Shown: positions 19,951 through 30,215, counted from the first letter of the stretch. The stretch: DNA of 39,878 bases from Clostridia bacterium (GCA_030637025.1 DAOVVV010000024.1:1-39878); one strand, 5' to 3'. A program made the numbers and translations. Notes: generated by a model not told the origin, from the letters alone.

Positions 19951-19997
19951 TAATAAATTCCCTTAATTTATGCGATTTAAAAAGACTCATCACATAC

Positions 19998-20648
19998 TCA
20001 TATTTCTATTACTTTCCCCACTCCCCCGCTAATATACTTCTGAGGATACAATGATTTAATTTCTGACTGATATTGTGTACAATGGGTAGGACAAATCAAC
20101 TCTAATTGGTCAATTAAATTAAATTCCTTAAATCCGTGCATTCCACCAATAATTGCATAAGGTTTTCCCCATTGAACCGCTGAATTCAAAATAGATTTAA
20201 TCCCCGGATGAGAACATCCTACTATCACAATCACTCCTTTTTCCATTTTAACGATGAGCGATTGTTCTATATTTTCCAGTTCACCTGTTGAAAAAATATT
20301 CTCATGAATTTCAAACGGTTCTTTCACTTTAACTACTTCTTTTGCTCCGTCATAATTAGAACAAGAAGCCGGAATATAAATCTTGACCGGATTTATTTTA
20401 AGAAAAGCAGAAAGCCCCCCTGTATGATCCCAGTGTTTGTGAGAAATAAATACCTCTTCAATTGCAGCCGGATTTATATCAAGTTTCTCCATATTATGCA
20501 AAAGAATAGAACCATCGGCACCGGTATCAAACAATATTTTCCGGCCATTCATTTCTACCAGACACGCAAACCCCCAATCAGCTTTAAGATTTGCTTTATT
20601 TGAGTCATTATCATAAATAATAGTAATTTTTATATTAAATTCCTTCAA
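19998..20648 (-). CDS. Metallo-beta-lactamase-fold hydrolase
   Basis: LFDTG, ISHKHWDHTGG, GCSHPG, GGMH, PTHCT motifs. Confidence 0.9.
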   Translation of the reverse strand: MKEFNIKITIIYDNDSNKANLKADWGFACLVEMNGRKILFDTGADGSILLHNMEKLDINPAAIEEVFISHKHWDHTGGLSAFLKINPVKIYIPASCSNYDGAKEVVKVKEPFEIHENIFSTGELENIEQSLIVKMEKGVIVIVGCSHPGIKSILNSAVQWGKPYAIIGGMHGFKEFNLIDQLELICPTHCTQYQSEIKSLYPQKYISGGVGKVIEI

Positions 20649-20772
20649 TTATGTCCTTTTATCTAATTTTTCAAAAATTTTGTATTTTTTTAAAGAAAAT
20701 AAATGTTTTTTATGATGATAGGTATAATTTACAGTTAAAGAAAGGAATTATGCATAATAATAAATAATGGGG

Positions 20773-21768
20773 TTATATCATCTTTTTTATGGGAAGAAAA
20801 ACAACAAAATTACTTCCTTTTTTAGGCTGACCCTTTATTCTATCCTCCACCCATATCTTTCCACCGTATCCCTCAACTATTTGCGTTACCAGAGTAAGTC
20901 CGATACCCAAACCATCAACAGTTTCATCTCCCCGCTGTAATCTGTCAAAAATTTTTTCTTTAATATTATCCGGTACCCCCGGACCATTATCTTTAAACTC
21001 TATCTTCCAGCACCCTTTATCCTTTGACAAAGAATGATTAACCTCTATTTCAACCTTTTTCTGCCGATTAAACTTAACTGCATTATAAAGTAAATTAGTA
21101 ATTACATCCTCCATTAATTCATTCCCCTCAATAATAACCTCTCCGGATGAAAAACTATATTTAACATCAATTGCTTTATCAGGAAAACCTGATTTAATTG
21201 AATCTATAACACGTATTAATATCTTATATATATCAATTTTTTCTATTTCTTCCCCTTTGGCCGAAAGACTCGATAATTTACGTACATTGGATATTAATCT
21301 TATAATCCTTTTAATTTGATTTAAAGGAACCTCAACAAATTTTTCAAATTTATCCGGCAACCCGGGTTTTTTCGATAAAAATTTTAAATAATTAAAAATG
21401 ATTTGAACCATATTACTGATATCATGATCCATTAAATCATTTAAGAACAAGACCTGTGCATGTTCCTTACAAAGTTTCGCCTCCGATTGATAGCGTCTTA
21501 AATTATTCCTGTAAAAAATTAACAGAAAAAAAATGGATACAATAACACACATACTCTCTTCCACCATTAATTCCACCCAGTTAATAGGGGTATCCGGTGC
21601 ATTAAAAACAATATGGGGCAAATCCAATACTTCATCTAAAAAAATCACTACAATAACAACAATAAACCAACTTAAGGGTAAGAATAAATCTTTAAACGCC
21701 TTTCTTTTCTGTTCTTTATAACAGTTTAATTTTTTACACATATCATTCATTCCTTTATTACAGTCCAT
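20773..21768 (-). CDS. Membrane-bound sensor histidine kinase (orphan)
   Basis: Two N-terminal TMs; H-box DLMDHDISN, N-box NAVKFN, G1 DNGPGV, G2 GLGIGL. Confidence 0.9.
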   Translation of the reverse strand: MDCNKGMNDMCKKLNCYKEQKRKAFKDLFLPLSWFIVVIVVIFLDEVLDLPHIVFNAPDTPINWVELMVEESMCVIVSIFFLLIFYRNNLRRYQSEAKLCKEHAQVLFLNDLMDHDISNMVQIIFNYLKFLSKKPGLPDKFEKFVEVPLNQIKRIIRLISNVRKLSSLSAKGEEIEKIDIYKILIRVIDSIKSGFPDKAIDVKYSFSSGEVIIEGNELMEDVITNLLYNAVKFNRQKKVEIEVNHSLSKDKGCWKIEFKDNGPGVPDNIKEKIFDRLQRGDETVDGLGIGLTLVTQIVEGYGGKIWVEDRIKGQPKKGSNFVVFLPIKKMI

Positions 21769-21913
21769 CTTATTATTCCTATTTCTATTTTATTTCCCTT
21801 TCCCTCTAAACCCAATAATACCAGTTATTTTCTCTTTTTAATCTACCAAAAGATAAGGCAAATGTCAATATATTCTTTTTTTCTATTTTTAATCCCTTTA
21901 GATTAATTAAATT

Positions 21914-22891
21914 CTACTTTTTCCTTAAATAGAATGCGGCCTGGTCCCCCCGCTTTTCTGCATTTAATTTCTTCGCTTTTCGCTTGAACGATTTAATCTC
22001 TGCCCTTGAGAAAATTGAATTTGAAGGATTTACATCGTATGACCGGTTAGACATTAAAGGAATACCCTTTAAATATTGTTCACTTCCCCAAAACTGAAAA
22101 TCCGTTGAATTATAAACACTTTTTTCCAGATTAAGACCTGCTTTTTGGGCCAATATTCCGATACTTTTATTAGAATGAAGAAATAAATGTCTTGGAGCAT
22201 CAAGTTGTACCCATTTTGTTCTATAATGTTCCCAGGCGTAAGAGCAAACCGTTGGAACTACGATTAAACAAACCCCACCTTCCAACAATAATCTTGCAAT
22301 ATGCTGAAAAATTCCCATCTGGTCAGAGATATGCTCAAAAGAATGATGTAACATTATCAAATCCCATTTTCCATCAAGATTACCAATTGTTTCTTTAATT
22401 ATTTTTAATCCATTCTTATACTTAATATCCTCTTTAATATATGGGTCAATTCCCATCAAATTTTTAAAACCCATTTGGCTAAGTGTTTCCAGCAAAGAAC
22501 CTGCTCCACACCCAACATCTAATATCTTGGTATCCCTGTTTAAATTAACCTTTGATAAGCTCTGAAGATAAAATAAACTACGTAACCATTCGTTAGGAAA
22601 GTTCCTATAAATTAATTTACCAATAACCCCTTTATTAAAAACTGCATACCTGTCTCTTAATTTTTTTACCAGTTTCTTAATTAAACTTGTGAATTGATTA
22701 GACCCGGCAAGAGAAAAGCTGTAGTAATCAGAAGGATAATATTGTGATATATCTGTTGGAACTTCCAAAATTTGTAAACACCCACATTTTGCACATTGAA
22801 AATAAGTAAACTTATCTCCCAAGCCAAACATCATTTCCTGCACTTCATAGACTTTATTATCGTTTAAGTTCTCACAAATTCTACATTTCAT
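21914..22891 (-). CDS. Class I SAM-dependent methyltransferase with N-terminal Zn ribbon
   Basis: CRIC...CAKCG, ILDVGCGAG, HHSFEH, LDAPRHL. Confidence 0.9.
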   Translation of the reverse strand: MKCRICENLNDNKVYEVQEMMFGLGDKFTYFQCAKCGCLQILEVPTDISQYYPSDYYSFSLAGSNQFTSLIKKLVKKLRDRYAVFNKGVIGKLIYRNFPNEWLRSLFYLQSLSKVNLNRDTKILDVGCGAGSLLETLSQMGFKNLMGIDPYIKEDIKYKNGLKIIKETIGNLDGKWDLIMLHHSFEHISDQMGIFQHIARLLLEGGVCLIVVPTVCSYAWEHYRTKWVQLDAPRHLFLHSNKSIGILAQKAGLNLEKSVYNSTDFQFWGSEQYLKGIPLMSNRSYDVNPSNSIFSRAEIKSFKRKAKKLNAEKRGDQAAFYLRKK

Positions 22892-23071
22892 CTTTTTTAT
22901 AATCCTTCTCCGTACCTATATCAAGTCTCCGATATAATAACCAACCCCATAAAAAAATTTGTTAAAAAACCCTATACTTAATTTTAAAGTAACCCTCTCC
23001 AGCTACTGTATCCCCAATAATAATGGTATTTGACATAAATTACTGCCTATTTAATCGTTTCAAGCAAAGTT

Positions 23072-23914
23072 TTATTTTTTAGCATATTTGCTAATAAAAG
23101 AATTTAAACCCTTTTCATAGCGTTCTGCCGAAAGCATAAATCCTTCATTATGCGTACCGGTAATTTTGAGAAACTCTTTTGGTTTATTTGCTGCTTCAAA
23201 CAATCGGCGTCCATGACGGAAAGGTATAATTTCATCTTCAGGGCTATGTATGATTAAAACCGGACAATTTACTCCTGATAAATACTCTATCGTTTTATAT
23301 TTAAAACGTGCCAATAATCTGACAGGGAAAAAGGGATATAATTCAGCCCCCATATCCGGAATAGAAGTAAACGCAGATTCTAAAATAAGCAGTTTAGGCG
23401 TATGCTTTTGTGCCAGCCAGGCAGCAATGGAACTACCCAGCGACCTGCCCCAAATAATAATCTCATCAGGACTTATCCGTTGATTATCAACAAGATATTG
23501 CCACGCTGCCTGTGCATCAAGATAAGTACCTTCCTCACTAATTCTCCCCTCACTTTTACCATAACCCCGATATCCAAAAATAAATGTATTTAACCCCAAC
23601 CGATGAAATATTTGCAGAGATTCCAACCGATGTGAGATATTACCGGCATTCCCATGACAAAACAAAACCACACCCCTGGCTTCTTTTGCAGGCACAAACC
23701 AACCATAAAGTTTTACTCCGTCACTAGTTTTAAAATAAACATTTTCGTATGAAAGTCCTATGCTCCCGGGCACCGTGGTAATCTCACGCTGGGGAAAATA
23801 AATAAGGTCGGATTGAAAAAAAGCTAAAAAAAACAGCAGAACAAAATAAACCCCGGCAAAAATAATCACCGTTAACCAGCCTACATGCCAAATTTTCTGT
23901 ACAATTCCACCCAA
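23072..23914 (-). CDS. Alpha/beta hydrolase (ABHD13/BEM46-like)
   Basis: N-terminal TM, HGNAGN, YRGYGKS, GRSLG nucleophile, HSPEDEIIP, GTHN. Confidence 0.92.
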   Translation of the reverse strand: MGGIVQKIWHVGWLTVIIFAGVYFVLLFFLAFFQSDLIYFPQREITTVPGSIGLSYENVYFKTSDGVKLYGWFVPAKEARGVVLFCHGNAGNISHRLESLQIFHRLGLNTFIFGYRGYGKSEGRISEEGTYLDAQAAWQYLVDNQRISPDEIIIWGRSLGSSIAAWLAQKHTPKLLILESAFTSIPDMGAELYPFFPVRLLARFKYKTIEYLSGVNCPVLIIHSPEDEIIPFRHGRRLFEAANKPKEFLKITGTHNEGFMLSAERYEKGLNSFISKYAKK

Positions 23915-24138
23915 AATACCCCCCCATTTTGCAAATTCGCAATATTAAAATATTACCCTTTTCCTTTTTCAACCCATTGTAGTATTAATACTTTATCCTG
24001 GTTATCAGTCCGAAGTTTCAAAACTTTTTCTAAATAAGGTACGGCTTGAACCTGCTAAATTTTTATTTGTATAACTTCCTCTCGTTTTACTTCTATTTTC
24101 TTCATTCGATCAGATTAAATTTTAAATCAAGACAAAAT

Positions 24139-24723
24139 TTATTTTTTTTCTGATTTTTGCACCAATAATTCTTTTGCCTTTTTTTCATCCATTTGAGATT
24201 CCCCCCCCTGATTAACCTTTACATACATAGCAGAGCGTAAAATGTAAAGATCAGCATTTTCAGGCTCAATCTCAATTGCTTTGTTTATCACTTTAAAAGC
24301 ACGGTCAGTTTGTTGTAATGCCATATAAGCACTCGCTTTTTTCATATAAGCGTAAATAAATTGTGAATCAGAAGAAATAAATTCATCACAAACAGATATG
24401 ACCTTGTTATAGTAATCAAAACTATCAACCCGTTTTATATCTTCCATACCGTTTTGCCTGATTATACCTTCTACCCATTTTTCATTATACTCCTGAGATT
24501 TCTTATAATTTCCTAATTCATTGTAAAGTTTTGAAAGGTCACAATAATAATCAATACAATAAGAATTATCTATAGAAATTTCAGCCAGTTTTAAACAAAA
24601 ATTTATTTCTTTTTCTAAAGGAGACTTTTGTTTTAGAAAAGAAAACCTTTGATTGCAACCAAAAAGAAAAAACAATAAAACGAAACCAATTAATAACCAT
24701 ATGCGAACTAAGTGTTTCATCAA
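24139..24723 (-). CDS. TPR-repeat lipoprotein
   Basis: Lipobox LFGC after hydrophobic signal; TPR-like AYMKKASAY...KAIEIEPENADLYILRS; AAGGAGG RBS. Confidence 0.75.
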   Translation of the reverse strand: MMKHLVRIWLLIGFVLLFFLFGCNQRFSFLKQKSPLEKEINFCLKLAEISIDNSYCIDYYCDLSKLYNELGNYKKSQEYNEKWVEGIIRQNGMEDIKRVDSFDYYNKVISVCDEFISSDSQFIYAYMKKASAYMALQQTDRAFKVINKAIEIEPENADLYILRSAMYVKVNQGGESQMDEKKAKELLVQKSEKK

Positions 24724-24850
24724 TAATATTCCTCCTTTTTTGATTTTCTTTGTCTCTGTTTCTATTAACTTCTCTTTTTACTGTAGTCTTAAAACTATTT
24801 TATTAATACCCCTCTCTCCGTATCTTTGTCTAAATAATAACATATTAACC

Positions 24851-25372
24851 TGTTTTTGTCCAATATCCATACATTGTTCTACTGAAATAATAGAAAAATT
24901 TATTTCCGGGTTTGAACCTCAAACCAAATGCAACATTCACCAGAGTTACCAAATCGATATACGTAATGGCTTACTTGCCGGAAAAAATTGTCCAAAGGAA
25001 TTCGTCACAAGCCGGGTATACGAAATTTATCCTGCACTTTACAACAACTGGGTGGCTAAACAATGTATCCCTCGTCCTTCTCAAAGATTCTCCAATCTCA
25101 GAGAAGAAAAACCAGCTTCTTTGTCTGATGAAGACACTCTTTATATTGCTTTTCCTGACGAAGGAGATATTTTTTGTATCTACCCCGTTTTAAGACTGGA
25201 ATATCAGACAATCTCACTTAAAGAGGTAATACCAAAGGGAATAAAAAACCTAATTTAGAATCAACCCTGCCATTTGAAACAGAGTGGCAACTTATAAGAG
25301 GGAAACACCCTTTTAGCTTTTCCTTAAAAAAAGAAAAAATAAAAACTAATCCGGTCAGAATCCAAGTTTTTT
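24851..25372 (+). pseudogene. pbpC: 3' remnant of penicillin-binding protein 1C gene, frameshifted
   Basis: Frame 1: CPIS..C...EKFISGFEP..C..H...IDIRNGLLA...CP...YEIYPALY..W...IAFPDEGDIF...LRLEYQTI. From 25261 a second frame gives PFETEWQLIRGKH...PVRIQV. Both resemble the PBP1C C-terminal region; no start codon or catalytic domains. Confidence 0.7.
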
Positions 25373-25485
25373 GGATACAATTAGCACACTTTTCGCCTAT
25401 TTTTATCAATCACCTGTTTTTTTTCTATTCTATTCTGAAATTTAGAAAAAATAGATAGTCACTTTTAAAAAATCATTTTTTCAGC

Positions 25486-26049
25486 TCAAACAGGAATACA
25501 CTTTAAATGTTTTTTCGACTCTTCAACAATATTCCAAAGTTTTGAATTATTTATCTTTGTTTTTGATTCATTACGAGGTTGATGTCCATCTTCAATGATT
25601 AAAAACCCGTCTTTTTTTAATAAACGATGTAATTCTTTCAAAAAAGAAAGAGGGGTTTTAATCATATGAAACATATCTAAGGCATAAATCATATCAGCAA
25701 TATGAGCATCAATCTTACAAAAATGCCCATTTGCTAACACCGGCACAACATTTCCTAAATCGTATTTTTCTATTTTCTTTTCTACCGACTTTATTGCTAA
25801 TTTATGAATATCTACAGCATATACCTTGCCTTTTTCACCGACCAAACCAGATACTTTTTTTAAATGCCTTCCGGGACCACACCCATAATCTATTACCGTG
25901 AATTTTTTTTTAATCCCAAAGCCATCCATTCGTTTATCAACCGAAGAAAAAAAATCTAATAGTTTAAAACTAAACGACATCATTATAAATGCTATATCAG
26001 GCATCCGTTCCATCTTGTTTCCACAAAAATATTTTTTAAAACCTATCAA
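25486..26049 (-). CDS. Class I SAM-dependent methyltransferase
   Basis: VIDYGCGPG, VYAVDIH, ELHRLLKKDG. Confidence 0.88.
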   Translation of the reverse strand: MIGFKKYFCGNKMERMPDIAFIMMSFSFKLLDFFSSVDKRMDGFGIKKKFTVIDYGCGPGRHLKKVSGLVGEKGKVYAVDIHKLAIKSVEKKIEKYDLGNVVPVLANGHFCKIDAHIADMIYALDMFHMIKTPLSFLKELHRLLKKDGFLIIEDGHQPRNESKTKINNSKLWNIVEESKKHLKCIPV

Positions 26050-26063
26050 TTAAACCTCCTCTT

Positions 26064-26633
26064 TTAATTTTTTTCTTCTATATATTTAAACCGGTAATTC
26101 GCTTTGGACATCTTCCCAAATAACATTTCCTCCTGGATAAAAACAGGAGAATTATCAATAAGTTTAGAAAGCCCCTCCCAAAAACCAAACCATCCTAAAG
26201 GCATAAGAATAATACTCAAAATATCAAGAGTAAGAACATTTAAAAATTTTAAATAAGTAGCCATAGTCAAAAAACTTAAAGAACAGATTCCCACAAGAAC
26301 AAATATTACTCCCCGGATACGAAGACGGGTAATCCTTTTTTTCTTTTGTAAAAACATATGAAAAAAATGTTTTTTTAATCGCTGTCTAACCATTCGTTCC
26401 GATTCTTCATTTTTTAAAGCCACGGGAGAATAAATGGTAATGAAAAAAGAACCTGTCCGGGTTTCCCGATAACGCTTTTTCAGTTCTTCAATGAAATCCT
26501 CTGATACTGTACGCATACTTAATGGCCTGGGATCAAAATCCGAAAAAACATCATCCCATGTATCAATTACAATAGCAATTTCTTTCAGGTCCTTTATTCT
26601 TTGTCCTCTTGTCTTTTCATTATTTTGATCCAT
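26064..26633 (-). CDS. Conserved hypothetical membrane protein (2 TM)
   Basis: IDTWDDVFSDFDPRP..RTVSEDF motif, two C-terminal TMs ending GWFGFWEG; AGGAGG RBS. Confidence 0.75.
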   Translation of the reverse strand: MDQNNEKTRGQRIKDLKEIAIVIDTWDDVFSDFDPRPLSMRTVSEDFIEELKKRYRETRTGSFFITIYSPVALKNEESERMVRQRLKKHFFHMFLQKKKRITRLRIRGVIFVLVGICSLSFLTMATYLKFLNVLTLDILSIILMPLGWFGFWEGLSKLIDNSPVFIQEEMLFGKMSKANYRFKYIEEKN

Positions 26634-26740
26634 ATATTAAATCCTCCTGATAATAAATTTACTAACAAAGAAACAAGAGACAATATTTTTTTCATAAATA
26701 CCCGAACTATCCCTATTTTCAAACTTCAAAAAACAAATAA

Positions 26741-26776
26741 AATACCCCCGGAATAAAAAGCTTTTCCGGGGGTATT
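26741..26776 (-). terminator. Intrinsic terminator after porin gene
   Basis: Perfect 13-bp stem AATACCCCCGGAA / TTCCGGGGGTATT followed by a U-rich tract on the minus strand. Confidence 0.9.
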
Positions 26777-26796
26777 AATTTTCCATATGAATTGTC

Positions 26797-28152
26797 TCAG
26801 AAAGTTACTTTCATTGAACCAATGATTCGATAACCAGTAGTATCATTAATCTCATTAAAAGTAGCACCCGCCAAATACACCCCGGTATTTAAGCCAAAAG
26901 TAACCTCTTTATTATAAGCATACTGAAGGTCTAACTCCACGAAATCACCTAAATGTTCTTCATTTTGGAGAATATAAACTCCATAAACTCCAAAAAGAGC
27001 AGTCCCTTCCAAAGGTTTCTTATCCCAAAGATAATGAGTATATCTTATATTAGCAGTAAGATCTTTAACCGGTTTGAGCTGAGTAATAATATGCATAAGA
27101 TGAGCATTACAAGGAGCAACCAGGGCGTTATCCAGACTTCCACCTCCCTGATTTTCACACATTATATCCCAGGCAGTATAGTCCCCTCCCAGATCCCCTT
27201 CTTGTTCCCCGGAACGATAATTATAAAGTAGAGTTATCGACGGAAGCAATTTAATAGGGGTAAGTAAGGTTGCAGAAATATCTGTCGCCCAGGCATCTCT
27301 GTCCCCCGGAAAATGGTATGTTGACAATACACTATTTGCCAATCCCCCGGGAAAATCTCCGGTTTGATGAGCTATTTCTGCCTGAAGAACAAAAGGCAGT
27401 GTTGGTGAATCAGGAGCAAAGTTAGGGCCAAAACTACAACGAAAGCCAACAGTGTTTACTTTATCTTTAAAAAGAGCTGCATCTTTGCCTGTCTCTTTAA
27501 CAAAATAATAAATTTCACTAAGAGCATTGTTTTCAGAAAAATTATAACGAAAATTAACTCCATAAAGATCTACATCGTCTTCAAGATTCACACTATTCCC
27601 TTCACTAATTTGTGCATAAAAAGGGTCAATAACTATAGGGGCCAAATCAATTGTTGCCCGGATAGCATCAAAAGCTTTACGTTCACTTAAATCTATAGCA
27701 TTAATCGCAGTAATGTTTGGACTAAAAAATACTAATAAATTCGTATCCGGATCACCAATAATCATAGCATTACCAAAAACTAATTCCTGACGGCCAATTA
27801 TTAAATCTAAAGGAGAAAAAAGAATTTTCTTCAAAGTGACATACGCTAAATCCAAATCAATATCGGTACTCTGGCTATCAGAAGCACTTACTTCTAATCC
27901 CCAATCCCTTTCGTTAAGCAGTCGCACTGTTGCAGTCACATCATCGGATAAAGCAGCATCTAAGCGTAAGCGTACTGTTGACATCCACCACGAGCCCCCA
28001 ATATTTCCGCTTCTAAGATCAAGGCTTTCATGATTTATTGCACGGATATTAATATCCCCGCTAACCTTAATCTTCTCACCTTCAGAGTATGCAGTAAAGG
28101 TAATACCAAAAACAAATAAAACTGTTAAAATTAATATCCAACATTTATTCAT
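26797..28152 (-). CDS. Outer-membrane beta-barrel protein (alginate-export/AlgE-like porin)
   Basis: Signal peptide, alternating beta-strand pattern, DLDLAYVTLK..LIIGRQELVFG..FDAIR motifs, C-terminal Phe. Confidence 0.8.
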   Translation of the reverse strand: MNKCWILILTVLFVFGITFTAYSEGEKIKVSGDINIRAINHESLDLRSGNIGGSWWMSTVRLRLDAALSDDVTATVRLLNERDWGLEVSASDSQSTDIDLDLAYVTLKKILFSPLDLIIGRQELVFGNAMIIGDPDTNLLVFFSPNITAINAIDLSERKAFDAIRATIDLAPIVIDPFYAQISEGNSVNLEDDVDLYGVNFRYNFSENNALSEIYYFVKETGKDAALFKDKVNTVGFRCSFGPNFAPDSPTLPFVLQAEIAHQTGDFPGGLANSVLSTYHFPGDRDAWATDISATLLTPIKLLPSITLLYNYRSGEQEGDLGGDYTAWDIMCENQGGGSLDNALVAPCNAHLMHIITQLKPVKDLTANIRYTHYLWDKKPLEGTALFGVYGVYILQNEEHLGDFVELDLQYAYNKEVTFGLNTGVYLAGATFNEINDTTGYRIIGSMKVTF

Positions 28153-28329
28153 TTATATCCCCCTTTTTTGTTTTTTTTAATTTAACTGCTTTTAAAATCT
28201 CCAAATGAAATTTTATTTTACGTTCACCCCCTCTTTTCATTTATTTTTTTTCTTAAATAATTAATCACCCTCTAAAACTAACAAAGAATCTCTTAATTGT
28301 CAAGACTAAAAAAACATTTCTTTTGTTAT

Positions 28330-28998
28330 TTATTTCTGAATTTCGACCAATGTGTCAACTGAAACTAATTCAAATAACTCAATCACCTCTTTATTTTTCA
28401 TTCTTACACACCCATGTGATGCCGGTGTCCCAATTAATCCTTCTTCCGGTGTTCCATGGATATAAACATAACGCTTTAATGTTTCAAGATTAATACCTGA
28501 TTCTAATCCTTTTAACCACATTATACGGGTAGTTACAAAATCCTCAGGAACATCTGTCTTGTCAATATAAATTTTAGCAATTTTTTTCGTATTTTTACGT
28601 GCTTTAAAAATTGTCCCAATCTTAGCTCCTTCTCCATGTTTGGAAGCAATATAGTGGGTACCTAAAGGAGTCTTATTGCTTCCCGGTTTGCTGCCCACTC
28701 CGTATTTAGAAGTGGAAACAGGGTAGGTTTTAATAATTTTTTCATCTTTGATAAGATAAAGTTTTTGTTTGGAAATACTTACGATAATCGCAAATTGATC
28801 GGACTTAAGATTAAATTTTACTTGTAGTTTTTGCAAAATTTTCTTTCGGTTTAAAATATTTTCTTTAACAATTGCATTATCTGTCAAAGTTTCATTTTTT
28901 TTCTTAACTTCACCTTTTAAACAACTCACAATAGAAAAAGAAATAATTAAACAAATTAATTTCATTCTTATTCTTCTTTTTATAGTCTCTATATCCAT
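28330..28998 (-). CDS. L,D-transpeptidase (YkuD family), possibly a lipoprotein
   Basis: VSISKQKL, YPVST, TPLG, IHGT...PASHGCVRM catalytic motif; IVSC lipobox-like. Confidence 0.92.
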   Translation of the reverse strand: MDIETIKRRIRMKLICLIISFSIVSCLKGEVKKKNETLTDNAIVKENILNRKKILQKLQVKFNLKSDQFAIIVSISKQKLYLIKDEKIIKTYPVSTSKYGVGSKPGSNKTPLGTHYIASKHGEGAKIGTIFKARKNTKKIAKIYIDKTDVPEDFVTTRIMWLKGLESGINLETLKRYVYIHGTPEEGLIGTPASHGCVRMKNKEVIELFELVSVDTLVEIQK

Positions 28999-29201
28999 AA
29001 AAAATCTCCTTTTTTTTAACCACTAGATAAATTTTTCAATTTTTTAGTTAAACTTTTACCAACGCTCTACATTTCTATTATGCCCATAATTCATTTATTA
29101 TAATAATAATAAAGCTTCATAGATGTTTTCTATTCTACTTTTATAAATCAACTGCCCCTCAGCAAGCTATAGGCCCTTCGACTACAGAGTTTTTAATTCA
29201 G

Positions 29202-29744
29202 CTAACATTCAAAAGCTGTTATTAACCCATCACTCTCCCCTATGGGAGGAAAAACCTCATCAAAATAGATTTGTTCTCTTGTTATAATATTTTTAAGGTG
29301 ATTACACAAACACTTTATGCATAATGAATCACCTTTATACTCCGAATTCATATTAAACTTATATACATCGCGAAAATAAACTTCCGGGGAACACCAAAGA
29401 AAACGAGCTGATCGGCCACAATCGCAATGTCTTTTTATTCTTGAAATTAAAATCTTCATTTTTTCAATATCTTCTTTCCTAAAATTATACTTTTTCATTT
29501 GCTGAAAGCTATAAAATTGATAAGCATTAAGAGGTTTAAACGGTTCTACTACTATTGCTTTATATTGGAAAAAATTTAAATATTCTTTGTATTTTTCCAT
29601 AAAACAGGAAGTACATAATTTTAATCGTTCACCTTGCTTATATAATCTGCGATAAGTCGCATCAAAAAAATGATATTTATTTTTTTCTAAAGGAATATAA
29701 CACCTTTCACATCTTATTTCCCTCTTACCAAAAAAATTAAACAT
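29202..29744 (-). CDS. Hypothetical Cys-rich protein
   Basis: CxxC-type motifs (CERC, CTSC, CDC, CIKC); AGGAGG RBS. Confidence 0.75.
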   Translation of the reverse strand: MFNFFGKREIRCERCYIPLEKNKYHFFDATYRRLYKQGERLKLCTSCFMEKYKEYLNFFQYKAIVVEPFKPLNAYQFYSFQQMKKYNFRKEDIEKMKILISRIKRHCDCGRSARFLWCSPEVYFRDVYKFNMNSEYKGDSLCIKCLCNHLKNIITREQIYFDEVFPPIGESDGLITAFEC

Positions 29745-29764
29745 TTTTGTTGTAAAAACCTCCT

Positions 29765-30118
29765 TTATAATTGGAAAGATTGCTTAACATAATAGGCAAC
29801 TTTTTTCTTTTTAATATCCTCCGGTTTAAAGATTTTTAAATGCCGTCTTAACTTTCCGCTTCCTTCCAGAAAATTATCCGAATCCTGAAACTCTACCCCC
29901 CTATCAAATTCAACAGATATATGATTTCTCCGAACAAAGATTCCGCAAAATAATCTCTTATCTCCTATAAAAACCAAACCACCGTATTTTATTTCTTCTT
30001 TTATTTTATAAGCTATTTTTAAAACTAATTTTCTTAAAGAAATCACCATCACTCCTTTGTCCTTATCAATAAGCATTATATCCTGTATAAAATTATCAAT
30101 CTTAGGATTTGTTTTCAT
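29765..30118 (-). CDS. DUF1801 (YdhG-like) domain protein
   Basis: EEIKYGG, LEGSGKLRRHLK motifs. Confidence 0.85.
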   Translation of the reverse strand: MKTNPKIDNFIQDIMLIDKDKGVMVISLRKLVLKIAYKIKEEIKYGGLVFIGDKRLFCGIFVRRNHISVEFDRGVEFQDSDNFLEGSGKLRRHLKIFKPEDIKKKKVAYYVKQSFQL

Positions 30119-30215
30119 ATTTTATCCTTCCTACTCTAATTTTTTATCGATAACAAATTTTTCCTTTTTCCCCAAGCAATAACTCATCTTAGTTCTTCAC
30201 CCATTCCCTCTCTTA

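Noticed and set aside
23784-23972. 62-aa minus-strand ORF
   Set aside because: Overlaps the alpha/beta hydrolase start out of frame; no motif
24653-25258. 201-aa plus-strand ORF as an intact gene
   Set aside because: The N-terminal third is antisense or intergenic read-through; only the distal part is the pbpC remnant
25218-25409. 63-aa minus-strand ORF
   Set aside because: Antisense to the second frame of the pbpC remnant
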